A stretch of DNA of 64,000 nucleotides from an uncultured Hymenobacter sp. (GTDB lineage Bacteria > Bacteroidota > Bacteroidia > Cytophagales > Hymenobacteraceae). Position 1 is the first letter of the stretch; each line of letters opens with the position of its first letter. Shown piece by piece: positions 19,863-29,070 of the stretch. A program made the position numbers and the translations under genes. Location: positions 14,237-78,236 of the forward strand of contig CAXYJY010000043.1 in assembly GCA_964277755.1 (NCBI GenBank), read 5' to 3'. Under the pieces are notes generated by a model. That model had not been told where the DNA came from. It worked only from the letters and a program-made list of their open reading frames with translations, and made no database searches.

Positions 19863-20183
19863 ATGAGCGACGTTCGCATTTACGTAGAAGAAGCGCCCGG
19901 CCAGCGGCGCGAGCTGGAAGCACCCACCGACATGGGTTTGAGCCTCATGGAGCTGCTTAAGGCCAGCGACTACCCCATTCAGGCCACCTGTGGGGGCATG
20001 GCGCTGTGCGCCACCTGCCACGTGGAAGTGCTGGCCGGCCCCGCCCTGCCCGAGCCCAGCGACGACGAGTGGGCCATGCTCGACACGCTGCCCGTGCTGC
20101 ACGAAACCAGCCGCCTCAGCTGCCAGATTCGCCTCACGCCCCGCGTCGATGGGCTGGTAGTGCGCTTGGCCGAGGTGGAGTAA
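19863..20183 (+). CDS. 2Fe-2S ferredoxin
   Basis: CGGMALCATCHV and RLSCQ. Confidence 0.92.
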   Translation: MSDVRIYVEEAPGQRRELEAPTDMGLSLMELLKASDYPIQATCGGMALCATCHVEVLAGPALPEPSDDEWAMLDTLPVLHETSRLSCQIRLTPRVDGLVVRLAEVE

Positions 20184-20219
20184 AACGAGTGTGCTAAGCA
20201 GGCTCGCTGCTTAGCTTTA

Positions 20220-20265
20220 AAAATAACCAACCACTTTCGGGAATACCGAAGCGGTTGGTTATTTT
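20220..20265 (+). terminator. Probable intrinsic terminator after ferredoxin
   Basis: AAAATAACCAACC...GGTTGGTTATTTT stem-loop. Confidence 0.65.
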
Positions 20266-20317
20266 GCTTTAAACCATATCCCTGTGAGTAGCTAATTCGT
20301 AGTGCGGAGAAACTGGC

Positions 20318-20361
20318 CTTGAGAGAATACCATTAAAAACTTGAGAGAATACCATTAAAAA
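20318..20361. repeat. Perfect 22-bp tandem direct repeat
   Basis: CTTGAGAGAATACCATTAAAAA x2 about 100 nt upstream of ATG 20460. Confidence 0.92.
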
Positions 20362-20459
20362 GTAGCATCTTGTAGCCGCAAAGCGGCATTTAAAGGTATA
20401 CACACTGGTTGCTTCGTACTAACATCCTCATTTTCCCCTTCTTTTCATCAATTTTTGAC

Positions 20460-22430
20460 ATGACACACAAATACATTCCGGGAGTTGCTTTCGGCAAGCA
20501 ATTGCGGCAAGCGGGCCTCGCTGCCTTGCTATTGGGCAGTACCGCGTTAGTGGCGCAAGCACAGAACCTGAACTATACAGTTGCAGGTGCCACTAACACA
20601 ACGACCACTTACACCGACCTTGGTACCAGCGGTACTGCTATCACCACAGCCAACACTGATGATGATAACTCGGCAGTGCAGAATATAGGGTTCTCCTTTC
20701 CTTATAATGGCGCTACGTTTACCCAGTTTGTTTTGAACACCAATGGGTTTATCAAGCTAGGGGCAACTGCTCCTTCGGCTACGGCGATGTTTCTGCCAGA
20801 GGTAGCTAACCCAGCAGTAGTCAATCCTTTCAACAGCTCTGTCAACCCAAACATTATCGCCCCGTTCAATTTTGACCTGACGGCAAGCTCGACTGGTGGC
20901 ACCGAATACCGGGTGGCTACTACTGGCAGCGCAGGGTCACGCATCTGCACTATTCAGTGGAAGAATGTGGCCGATAAAGCTGCAACGGTGAGCACGCAGT
21001 ATGCCAACCTAAGCTTTCAGGTGCGCTTGTACGAGGCAACTGGCGTCATTGAGATGGTTTATAATACGGCTACGGCTGGTACCGGCACCGCCGGGGCACG
21101 TTATGCACAGGTGGGGTTGAAAGGAACAGCTACTGCCAATGGCCAGATTACGCAAGCATCTAAGCAGTCTGCCGATGCTTGGAGTGCAGCCACTTTCGTG
21201 GACTACTCAACGATTATTGCAAGCGGTGGGTACCTTAATACATTCAACTTCCGCCAAACGGTAACTCCCGATGCTGGTCGCACCTTGCGCTTTGCGCCCG
21301 TTGCTCCGCCAACAACCAATGACGCTGCCGTTGCAGCCGTTTACACACTAGGCAAACTACCTGTACCCGCTGGACTGCCACACGCAGTACAAGCAGTGAT
21401 TAACAATCCGGGTACTGGAGCGCTCACCAATCTGGTGGTTACGCTTAATGTAACGGGAGCCAATACGTTCAGCAATACACAGACTGTTGCCTCGCTGGCT
21501 TCTGGAGCCTCCACTACTGTAACGTTTGCTGGCTATCCAACCACCTTCGTAACAGGTACCAATACCGTGACTGTGACGGTACCTAGCGACGGTAACAATA
21601 CGAATAATTCGGCTGCCGTACAGCAAGCAGTTACGGGTAGCACCGGGGCGTTCTCCTACATCCCCAGCGACCAAACGAATACTTCTGGCAGCTTTGTGGT
21701 AGGAGCACCGACTACGGGCGGCATTTACGCCACCAAATACACCACGCAGCGGGCTGGTACGGTGACTTCCGTGAGCGTTTACTTGGGTAGCACTACTGCC
21801 TCTGCTAGTGCTGCTACATCGGTTGGCCAAACCGTGTATGGAGTTGTGTTATCTGCTGCAGGTGCCGTATTAGGCCAGTCGGCTAACTACGTCATTCAAT
21901 CCAGCGACATCGGTACCTACAAAACATTTACCATCACCACCCCACCCGCTATTACGGCTGGTAGCAGCTTCCTGGCTGGTTTGGCCCAGCCGGTTTATAC
22001 GGGTCTTCCTTACTATCCGGTAGTAATTCAAGCAGAAGCTCCTACGCGTAGCAATGCTTATTTCGGCGTCGCCATTGGTGGGGGCACTCCTACCGATTTG
22101 TCAACCACTAACGCTAGCTATGGCCGCCTCATGATGGAAGCCAACCTAAGTGTGACCCTGGCTACTTCCAAGGAGCTGCAGCGCGCTATCACGGTGTACC
22201 CCAACCCCTCGGAATCGGGTATCTTCAACCTCAATGTGCAAGCGGCTAACGCTGCAAACGGCCTGGGAGTAGAAGTAACCAACCAACTCGGCCAGCGCGT
22301 GTACACGGGCACAGCCCGCGACAACAACACGACTAAGCTTGACCTGAGCAACCTGGCCGCTGGCATTTACCACCTGCAAGTGCGCAACGGCGAAGAGTAC
22401 ACCTCAAGCCAGATTAGCATCGTGAAGTAA
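20460..22430 (+). CDS. T9SS type A sorting-domain surface protein, multi-domain, Thr/Ala-rich
   Basis: Signal peptide ending AQAQ; IGFSFPYNG domain; CARDB/Ig-like module; VYPNP...AGIYHLQV CTD. Confidence 0.88.
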   Translation: MTHKYIPGVAFGKQLRQAGLAALLLGSTALVAQAQNLNYTVAGATNTTTTYTDLGTSGTAITTANTDDDNSAVQNIGFSFPYNGATFTQFVLNTNGFIKLGATAPSATAMFLPEVANPAVVNPFNSSVNPNIIAPFNFDLTASSTGGTEYRVATTGSAGSRICTIQWKNVADKAATVSTQYANLSFQVRLYEATGVIEMVYNTATAGTGTAGARYAQVGLKGTATANGQITQASKQSADAWSAATFVDYSTIIASGGYLNTFNFRQTVTPDAGRTLRFAPVAPPTTNDAAVAAVYTLGKLPVPAGLPHAVQAVINNPGTGALTNLVVTLNVTGANTFSNTQTVASLASGASTTVTFAGYPTTFVTGTNTVTVTVPSDGNNTNNSAAVQQAVTGSTGAFSYIPSDQTNTSGSFVVGAPTTGGIYATKYTTQRAGTVTSVSVYLGSTTASASAATSVGQTVYGVVLSAAGAVLGQSANYVIQSSDIGTYKTFTITTPPAITAGSSFLAGLAQPVYTGLPYYPVVIQAEAPTRSNAYFGVAIGGGTPTDLSTTNASYGRLMMEANLSVTLATSKELQRAITVYPNPSESGIFNLNVQAANAANGLGVEVTNQLGQRVYTGTARDNNTTKLDLSNLAAGIYHLQVRNGEEYTSSQISIVK

Positions 22431-22455
22431 GGAAAGCTGCTTGGCAGCTCTTTGC

Positions 22456-22486
22456 AAAAAGGCCACCCAGGCGGGTGGCCTTTTTT
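22456..22486 (+). terminator. Intrinsic terminator
   Basis: AAAAAGGCCACCC-AGGC-GGGTGGCCTTTTTT. Confidence 0.85.
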
Positions 22487-22508
22487 ATGCGTCAGTAAAT
22501 CGAAAGTC

Positions 22509-22558
22509 AACCACTAAAAAAGCCCTGCCCGGTATCGGGCAGGGCTTTTTTAGTGGTT
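22509..22558 (-). terminator. Bidirectional intrinsic terminator after cold-shock gene
   Basis: AACCACTAAAAAAGCCCTGCCC...GGGCAGGGCTTTTTTAGTGGTT. Confidence 0.85.
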
Positions 22559-22577
22559 GGCCAAAGTAGGCACAACC

Positions 22578-22772
22578 TCAGATGCGGCGCACGTTCACGG
22601 CGTTCACGCCCTTGCGGCCGTCCTGGGTTTCAAACTCTACCTTGTCATTCTGCTGAATCTGCGCGCCGTTGAGGGCGGTAGCGTGCACGAAGAACTCTTC
22701 GCGGGTAGCATCGTCGGTGATGAAACCAAAGCCTTTGGTTTCATTGAAAAATTTTACGGTTCCGGTCTTCAT
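22578..22772 (-). CDS. Cold-shock protein
   Basis: GTVKFFNETKGFGFI (RNP1), FFVHAT (RNP2). Confidence 0.95.
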   Translation of the reverse strand: MKTGTVKFFNETKGFGFITDDATREEFFVHATALNGAQIQQNDKVEFETQDGRKGVNAVNVRRI

Positions 22773-22856
22773 AACCTGTCTTAAAAATGCGAACAACCGG
22801 CTACTGCGGGCTGGGCCAAGTCATACGGCCCGCCCGGCGTAGGGTTGAGTAGGCGG

Positions 22857-23093
22857 CTACTGGTGGTCGCGCCACTCGTACACCCACTTGGCCTGAATCT
22901 GCTCCAGGTGGCCTTCGGTCGACTGCTCGCGGGTGCCCGCGAAGTTGGGCAGCGTCAGTATCCAGTCCAGCAGCTCGGTAAAGCGGATGCGGTAGATTTT
23001 GGCCTCGGTGAAGTCGTCGCCAAACTTCTCGTAGAGCGCGATGGCAATGTCTTCGTGGTCGGCCCACTCGATGGGCGGCTCGTAATGGTTCAC
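22857..23093 (-). CDS. iscX: Fe-S cluster assembly protein IscX
   Basis: WADHEDIAIALYE, RFTELLDWILTLPNF, LEQIQAKW; GTG start at 23093. Confidence 0.88.
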   Translation of the reverse strand: MNHYEPPIEWADHEDIAIALYEKFGDDFTEAKIYRIRFTELLDWILTLPNFAGTREQSTEGHLEQIQAKWVYEWRDHQ

Positions 23094-23100
23094 GGCGGTT

Positions 23101-23200
23101 GAGTTATGAGTTTTAAGTTTTGAGTTCTGAGTTGGCCGTTTTGAGAAAGTGAGAAGCCAAACGCGGCAACTCAAAACTCAACACTTAAAACTCATAACTC
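23101..23200. repeat. (GAGTTTT)n-type inverted heptamer hairpin between fdx and iscX
   Basis: 34-bp arms with 2 mismatches. Confidence 0.92.
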
Positions 23201-23204
23201 TTAA

Positions 23205-23537
23205 TTAGTGGCCCAAGAAATTCTGGGGTGGGATGGTGACGACTACTTCCAGCGCCTCGTTGGGTAGCACGCACTGGCAGGCCAGGCGTGAGTTGAGGCG
23301 CGGGCTGATGGCGCGGTCGATAAAGTCTTCTTCCTTATCGGAAATCTCGGGCAGCTCATCCATACCCTTGTCCACGTAGATGTGGCAGGTACTGCACCCG
23401 CATACGCCGCCGCAGTTGTGCTGGAGCTGGATGCCGTTGTTGAGGGCCACGTCGAGCACCGACTCGCCGCTGGCGGCCACGTGCGTCTGGGCAGGCTGGC
23501 CGTCCTGAAATTGAAAGAGAATGGTGGAAGCTTGCAA
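23205..23537 (-). CDS. fdx: ISC-type 2Fe-2S ferredoxin
   Basis: HNCGGVCGCSTCHI, SRLACQC; adjacent iscX. Confidence 0.9.
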   Translation of the reverse strand: MQASTILFQFQDGQPAQTHVAASGESVLDVALNNGIQLQHNCGGVCGCSTCHIYVDKGMDELPEISDKEEDFIDRAISPRLNSRLACQCVLPNEALEVVVTIPPQNFLGH

Positions 23538-23574
23538 AATAAGGGAGGGCTCTGCGCGAGCCAGTTGGAAAGTA

Positions 23575-23582
23575 CAAAGTTA
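23575..23582 (-). promoter_or_regulatory. -7 element TAACTTTG for fdx-iscX, overlapping upstream stop codon
   Basis: Matches TAnnTTTG about 40 nt upstream of fdx start. Confidence 0.55.
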
Positions 23583-24383
23583 GGCAGGGCCGGGCGGGTA
23601 CACCGCCGCCGCCTGAACGCTCTGGCTGAGCTGGCTATAAAGCGTTTGCCAGGCCGGATGGTTGGTCAGGGCGACCGTGTGCGCCATTAGGGTAGGGGTA
23701 TCGTGGCGGGCGGCCGGGCCGGTTTGCACCACAAACGGGCCAGTGGGGGCGGCCAGGGCCTTGTCCACAGTTTCGCGCACCAGCGGGGCCAGCAGCTCAA
23801 AACTGAGCCCGGCCTCGGCCAGCAGCCGGTGCGCGATGCCCAGCGCGTGGTTGGTAAAGTTGCTGGCAAAAACGGCTCCCAAATGCAGCCGCAGCCGCTG
23901 GGTTGAGTCGAGCAGCTGCACCCGCTGGCTGAGGCTGCGCGCCAGCGCTAGCAGCGCAGCCTCGGTAGCCGCGTCGGCGGCCTCCACGAACAGCGGCACC
24001 GTGGGCCAGTTGATAGCCCGGCCAGGGCTGAAGGTCTGGAGCGGATACAGCACCCCGCCGCGCACCTGCGGCGCGGCCTCAAAAACAGAGAGCGGCAGCG
24101 CCCCGGCCACGTGCCCTACCTGCGCCCCGGCCGGCCAGGCCACACTGGCCAGCACCTCGGGCACGGCCGCGTCGGGCACGGCCAGCAGGTAGAGGTTGGC
24201 CGGGGGAAGGGATTGCGCAAGCGGTAGCGTTAGGGCCGGGCAAGGCTGCGGCAACTGGGCCGCCAGCGCGGCGGCGCTGCCCGGCGTGCGGCTGGCCACG
24301 AAGGCCACCGAGTGCCCGGCCGCCACCAGCGCCGGGGCCAGCGCCGCCGCTACCCGCCCCGCTCCAAAAAAACCAACGCGCAT
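23580..24383 (-). CDS. Rossmann-like and DUF2520 domain protein
   Basis: GAGRVA, LLAVPD, LYPLQTFS, LHLGAVFASNFTNH, QTGPAARHD. Confidence 0.88.
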   Translation of the reverse strand: MRVGFFGAGRVAAALAPALVAAGHSVAFVASRTPGSAAALAAQLPQPCPALTLPLAQSLPPANLYLLAVPDAAVPEVLASVAWPAGAQVGHVAGALPLSVFEAAPQVRGGVLYPLQTFSPGRAINWPTVPLFVEAADAATEAALLALARSLSQRVQLLDSTQRLRLHLGAVFASNFTNHALGIAHRLLAEAGLSFELLAPLVRETVDKALAAPTGPFVVQTGPAARHDTPTLMAHTVALTNHPAWQTLYSQLSQSVQAAAVYPPGPA

Positions 24384-24491
24384 AAGCCAGAAAAGCCAGT
24401 AGTAGCCGCTAAAAGAAGCTCTTGCCGGAAATTGTTTAAGGAAGTAGCGGCCCGCCCCTGCCGGCGGGTACTCTGAAACATTCAGGCAAGC

Positions 24492-24535
24492 AAAAGCCGG
24501 CTGCTTGCGCGCCTTGCGCCAAACCAGCCGGCTTT
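24492..24535 (-). terminator. Probable terminator after ccmF
   Basis: AAAAGCCGGCTG...CAGCCGGCTTT. Confidence 0.6.
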
Positions 24536-24557
24536 CGAGGCTTTCAGGTCAATACCT

Positions 24558-27146
24558 CTACGCTACGGCTTGCGGGCGGGCAGCCCCGGCGCGACCCTTG
24601 GCGGGCGCGGGGGCGGGCTTGGCCTTGGCGGTGCGGCGCTGCCGGATGCTGAGCGTGAGGCCCAGGCCCATGAGCAGGGTGCCGCCCCACAGCAGGTTGA
24701 TGAAGGGCTTTTCGGTGGCTTGCAGCACGATGTAGTCTTTGGCCGTGCTGCTCACGCCGAGCGTGAACTTGCCCTTCACGGGGTCTATCTGGTCGAGGGT
24801 GAGGCGGAGGCCCAGGTCCTCTACCTCATCGGGCACGCGGCCAATCTGGCGGTCGCGCAGCAGGAAAATGGGGTGGGCGTGGTACTGCCGGCCCTTCTCG
24901 CCGCTGATAATCATGTCGGCTTGCAGGGCAATGTCGCCGGGCTGGAGCTTGATGCCGGGCACCTCGTGCGCCTGCTCGATGGCCCGGAACACGGCGAAGT
25001 AGTCGTTCAAAAACAACGTATCGCCTACGCTCAGCTCGTGCGGCACGCTGGGGCTCCAGGGCTGCTCTTTGCGCGGGTCGGGCACGGAGGTAATGTGCGA
25101 GTAGATATCGTGGCTGGCAAAGTGCAGCAGCGCCGGCGAGGGCAGCAGGCCGCCCATCTCCTCATTGACCTGGGCGCGGGGGTAAAGCACGAAGCTCTCG
25201 CCCGTCTTGCGGTCTTCGTAGTTGACGCGGTAGTAGGTGTTCTCGGGGCGAATTTCCAGGGTGTCGCCGGTTTTGTAGTACACTTTGTCGCCGCGCTTGA
25301 TGTCGCCGCGCGCGATGGCCCGGTAGTCGTCGTCGGTGCGGTAAAGCAGCTGCGTGTTCACGTAGCCCGGCACGGTGGGCACGTCGAGGTACTGGCCGGT
25401 GTAGGTTACGTCGTACTTCTGCATGGGCACGGTTTCGTTGCGCAGCAGCAGCACGTTGTCGCGATTTTCCTCGGTGCTCATTTGCTGCGAAATAAGCTGG
25501 CCGGTTACGTTGCGCGAGATGGTGTTGGAGTAGCCTGCCGAGCCCAGCATGCCGAGTAGCATCAGGGCGATGCCTACGTGGGCCACTGCCCCGCCCGAGA
25601 GCGTGACGCCGCGCCGCCACAGCCCGAACAAGGTGCTCAAATTAGCCAGCAGGCCAAACAAGCCTGCCGCCAGCAGCACCGCGTAGGGCAGCGTGATGGT
25701 GTGCCCAAAGTAGCGCAGCAGCAGCACGCCCAGCGCCGTGCCCAGCAGCGAGAGCATCACGGTAGGGGCGAAAGCATTGATGACCGACGCCTTATCGTTG
25801 CGCTGCCACCACATCACCTGCCCGATGCCCGAGAGCAGGGCAATGAGCACGCCGCTCCAGAGCTGAATGCGGGTATAAAACGAAACCTGGTCGGCCGGCA
25901 AAGCCAGATTGGCCTTAACGCCGAAGAAGCCCAGGAAGGCTTTATAAACCGGAATGCTGGTCGTAAACACCACCTGGAAGGCGGCCAAACACAGCACCGT
26001 GGCCCCCACGAACACCCACAGTTCGGGCGAGTAGGCGCTCAGCTCTTTCTCCGAAATCGGAATTTCCTTCCAGCGGCGCACCAGCAGCACCACGGCCAGC
26101 ACGGTGAAGAAGCCGAGGTAAATCAGCAATTGCCCCGACAAACCGAGGTCGGTAAACGAATGCACCGAGGCCGAGCCCAGCACCCCGCTGCGGGTGAGGA
26201 AGGTAGCGTAAAGCACCAGTACGAACGTGGCCACCACCAAGGCAAACGAGGTGCGCAGCCCGATGCGGCGCTTCTGCCACAGCACCATGCCGTGCAGCGC
26301 CGCGATGAGCACCAGCCAAGGAATGAACACGGCGTTCTCCACGGGGTCCCAGTTCCAGTAGCCGCCGAAGTTCAGCGTCTCGTAGGCCCAATACGCGCCC
26401 ATCATGATGCCTACGCCCAGCACCGCGCCGCCTAGCGACGTCCACGGCAAAGCGGGCTTGACCCAGGTAGTCAGCTCTTTTTTCCAGAGGCCCGCGATGG
26501 CGAAGGCAAATGGCACTAGCGTGAGCGCAAAGCCCAGAAACAGCGTGGGCGGGTGAATCACCATCCAGTAGTTCTGGAGCAGGGCGTTGAGCCCGGTGCC
26601 GTCTTTGGGCACGAAGTCGGGCTGGGTTTTCCACACCGGCAGGTCGGTGAGGAAGTCGCGCAGCAAGATGAAAGGCGAGGAGCCCACCTTGGTGCCGCCC
26701 ACCACGACGCCCAGAATCATGCTCACCAAGAAGGCTTGCACCGAGGCGAAAATGGCCAGCACCGGGGCTTCCCAGCTGCGGTTGAATTTCATAATGCCCA
26801 GCCCGATGAGCACGTGCCAGAATATCCAGAGCAGGAAACTGCCCTCCTGGCCTTCCCAGAAGCAGGAAATGATGTAGTACACCGGCAGGTGGTTCGACGA
26901 GTGCGACCAGGCGTAGTAGTACTCGTAGCGGTGCTCGGCGATGATGTTGAACAAGCACACCACCACGCCCAGCACCGCCGCGCCGTGCACGAAAAACGCG
27001 CCCCGCGCCAGGCGCAGCCAGCTGGCATCGGCCTCGCCGAGCGCCCGGCCCCGCGCCGCCTGAAAATAGCCGTAGGCCGACACCGCCGCCGCCACGAAAG
27101 CCAGAATAACGCTGGCCTGACCGAGATTTCCGATAAGTAAATTCAC
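24558..27146 (-). CDS. ccmF: Cytochrome c heme lyase CcmF
   Basis: WEGQEGSFLLW, IHPPTLFLG, WAYETLNFGGYWNWDPVEN, LTRSG, SVHSF. Confidence 0.93.
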   Translation of the reverse strand: MNLLIGNLGQASVILAFVAAAVSAYGYFQAARGRALGEADASWLRLARGAFFVHGAAVLGVVVCLFNIIAEHRYEYYYAWSHSSNHLPVYYIISCFWEGQEGSFLLWIFWHVLIGLGIMKFNRSWEAPVLAIFASVQAFLVSMILGVVVGGTKVGSSPFILLRDFLTDLPVWKTQPDFVPKDGTGLNALLQNYWMVIHPPTLFLGFALTLVPFAFAIAGLWKKELTTWVKPALPWTSLGGAVLGVGIMMGAYWAYETLNFGGYWNWDPVENAVFIPWLVLIAALHGMVLWQKRRIGLRTSFALVVATFVLVLYATFLTRSGVLGSASVHSFTDLGLSGQLLIYLGFFTVLAVVLLVRRWKEIPISEKELSAYSPELWVFVGATVLCLAAFQVVFTTSIPVYKAFLGFFGVKANLALPADQVSFYTRIQLWSGVLIALLSGIGQVMWWQRNDKASVINAFAPTVMLSLLGTALGVLLLRYFGHTITLPYAVLLAAGLFGLLANLSTLFGLWRRGVTLSGGAVAHVGIALMLLGMLGSAGYSNTISRNVTGQLISQQMSTEENRDNVLLLRNETVPMQKYDVTYTGQYLDVPTVPGYVNTQLLYRTDDDYRAIARGDIKRGDKVYYKTGDTLEIRPENTYYRVNYEDRKTGESFVLYPRAQVNEEMGGLLPSPALLHFASHDIYSHITSVPDPRKEQPWSPSVPHELSVGDTLFLNDYFAVFRAIEQAHEVPGIKLQPGDIALQADMIISGEKGRQYHAHPIFLLRDRQIGRVPDEVEDLGLRLTLDQIDPVKGKFTLGVSSTAKDYIVLQATEKPFINLLWGGTLLMGLGLTLSIRQRRTAKAKPAPAPAKGRAGAARPQAVA

Positions 27147-27166
27147 AGGCAAACTAATTTTTCTTG

Positions 27167-27174
27167 CAAAGGTA
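27167..27174 (-). promoter_or_regulatory. -7 element TACCTTTG upstream of ccmF
   Basis: Matches TAnnTTTG 21 nt upstream of GTG 27146. Confidence 0.6.
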
Positions 27175-27225
27175 CCGCCCGCGGCGGGGTGGGGGTGCGG
27201 TTGGTGGGTAGCGTTAGTTTAGGAC

Positions 27226-27343
27226 CGTCATGCTGAGCGGAGCGCAGCGAAGTCGAAGCATCTCTACCGCATCGTTACAGGCGTCAGGAGTTAGTTCACC
27301 GGTAGAGATGCTTCGACTCCGCTGCGCTCCGCTCAGCATGACG
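27226..27343. repeat. CGTC-type REP doublet
   Basis: CGTCATGCTGAGCGGAGCGCAGCGAAGTCGAAGCATCTCTACC and inverted arm. Confidence 0.92.
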
Positions 27344-27381
27344 ATACTTGGACAAGATGGCTTTCTGAACGGGATTACCGC

Positions 27382-28488
27382 CTAGTACCCCGGCGTACTC
27401 AGCGGCAGCAGTAAATGCTCGGTAAACGTGGCCCCGCGTACGGGGCGGCAGGTTACGTCCACCGCTACTTTGCTCAGGCCGGCATCGCGCCAGGGCTGGG
27501 CGTAGAGGCGGGCGCGCGGCACGTCGCCGGGCTGGTTGGTAAGGCTCAGGGCGCGCAGCAGGTTCCCGTTTTGCGGATTGGTGACGAGAAAGCTGACGTA
27601 GGCCCCGCGCGGGTAGCGCGCCAGTGGCAAATCGAGAAACGACGTGCCGCCGTCGATGGCGCCCGCATACACGGGCTTGAGCTTGCTGTAGCCCACCCAC
27701 TGCTGCTTGAGCAGGGCGGGCGGCTCGGGAGCATCGTCGTTTTCGGCCACTACCTGGTAAAGGTACTGGCCCACGCCGGGCAGCGTATCGGTGATGGTGT
27801 AACTGGCTCGCCGCGCGCCGTACACGTTGCGCGTGATGTGTACCCGCCGGATTTCGGTGGCCCGAAACCCGCGCTGCTCGCGCCGCAGCACCCGGCAGTG
27901 CGTGGCCGTGGGCAGCGAGTCGGGCACCTCCCAGCTCAGCTCGATGAGGCGGCTGGTGCCGGGTGCGGTGTCCGGAATGCCAGGCGCGGGCACGGCGGGC
28001 AGGCCCCGCGCCCGGCCGCTCACTTGCAGCGTGAAGGTGCAGTAGTCTTTGAGGTAGCCATCGACGTCGAGCAGGTAGGGCACGCCCGCTTGCAGGTCGG
28101 GTAGCGTCACAAACAAGTCGTCCTGCGTGCCGAAGGAGATGCACGACAAAATGCGGTAGGTAGCCGGCTCGCACGGCGGGCCCGTGAGCACTACCAGCTG
28201 CACGCCACGCACGTCGCGGCAGCGCTGCCCGCCGATGTTCACGTAGTAGGTGCCCGCCGTGGGCGGCCGAAACTCAAACCACTGGTCGTTGTGGTACTCG
28301 ATGCATCGGCCCGTCAGGCGCTCGTCTACGCAGCTCGGCTGCACGGTGCAGCCGGTGGTAGTGGAGGTGATAGTTTCCTCGGCGCGTAGCGAGCGGCGGT
28401 TTTCGATGTTGTCGTTGGCCACCTGGGCGCGGGCGGCCAGGCTGAGCCCACAAATAACCCCGGCTGTCATGCTGAGCTTGCGAAGCAT
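27382..28488 (-). CDS. Hypothetical secreted protein (Cys-rich PPC-like domain plus FN3/Ig-like domain)
   Basis: MLRKLSMTAGVICGLSLAARAQ signal peptide; NDQWFEF, YLLDVDGY, IELSWEV motifs; start uncertain (28545/28488/28470). Confidence 0.75.
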   Translation of the reverse strand: MLRKLSMTAGVICGLSLAARAQVANDNIENRRSLRAEETITSTTTGCTVQPSCVDERLTGRCIEYHNDQWFEFRPPTAGTYYVNIGGQRCRDVRGVQLVVLTGPPCEPATYRILSCISFGTQDDLFVTLPDLQAGVPYLLDVDGYLKDYCTFTLQVSGRARGLPAVPAPGIPDTAPGTSRLIELSWEVPDSLPTATHCRVLRREQRGFRATEIRRVHITRNVYGARRASYTITDTLPGVGQYLYQVVAENDDAPEPPALLKQQWVGYSKLKPVYAGAIDGGTSFLDLPLARYPRGAYVSFLVTNPQNGNLLRALSLTNQPGDVPRARLYAQPWRDAGLSKVAVDVTCRPVRGATFTEHLLLPLSTPGY

Positions 28489-28554
28489 GCCGTCACGTTG
28501 GAACGAACCAAGAAAGCGTGATAGGATGCTTCGCAAGCTCAGCATGACAGCCGG
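28460..28554. repeat. GTCA-type REP doublet overlapping the 5' end of the hypothetical gene
   Basis: CCGGCTGTCATGCTGAGCTTGCGAAGCAT ... ATGCTTCGCAAGCTCAGCATGACAGCCGG. Confidence 0.9.
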
Positions 28555-28588
28555 AATTAGGGTAGGAAAAGTGAATTGCCGCGCCAGC

Positions 28589-29026
28589 TTACAGCTTGGC
28601 CGTCGCGGGCGGGGTTTCCTTGCCTAGGTCCTTCTCCACGTATTTGCTGGGGCACTTGGTCAGAATCTGGTCGGCCACGAAGACGTTGTCTTTCATCGCG
28701 CCCACGATTACTACCTGCTCCGACTTGTCAAGGTCGGCCGGGGCGGGGTTGTGGTACACTACGCGCTGGGCCACATTCAGCGTATCAACCAGCGTGAAGG
28801 CGAAGAAATTGGGGTCACGCCGGGCGTCGTATTCCAGCCCGATGGGCTGCTTCTCGGCGTTGCGGGGCAGCGTGCCCACCACGTGTACCTTATTGGCATT
28901 GCCGGCCGCCGCTTGCAGCCGCGCCTCGGCAAAGGTGACGTAGGAGCTGGCCCCCGACATCGTGCTAATAATGACCCCCACCGCCGCCGCGATGATGAGC
29001 AGGATAAAGATGTGCGTCTTCTTCAT
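28589..29026 (-). CDS. ccmE: Heme chaperone CcmE, CxxxY variant
   Basis: N-terminal TM, OB-fold, ILTKCPSKY. Confidence 0.92.
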   Translation of the reverse strand: MKKTHIFILLIIAAAVGVIISTMSGASSYVTFAEARLQAAAGNANKVHVVGTLPRNAEKQPIGLEYDARRDPNFFAFTLVDTLNVAQRVVYHNPAPADLDKSEQVVIVGAMKDNVFVADQILTKCPSKYVEKDLGKETPPATAKL

Positions 29027-29070
29027 AAGTTACTGTAACAACGTTCTAGCCTGAGAAGTGTCCGGGCGGT

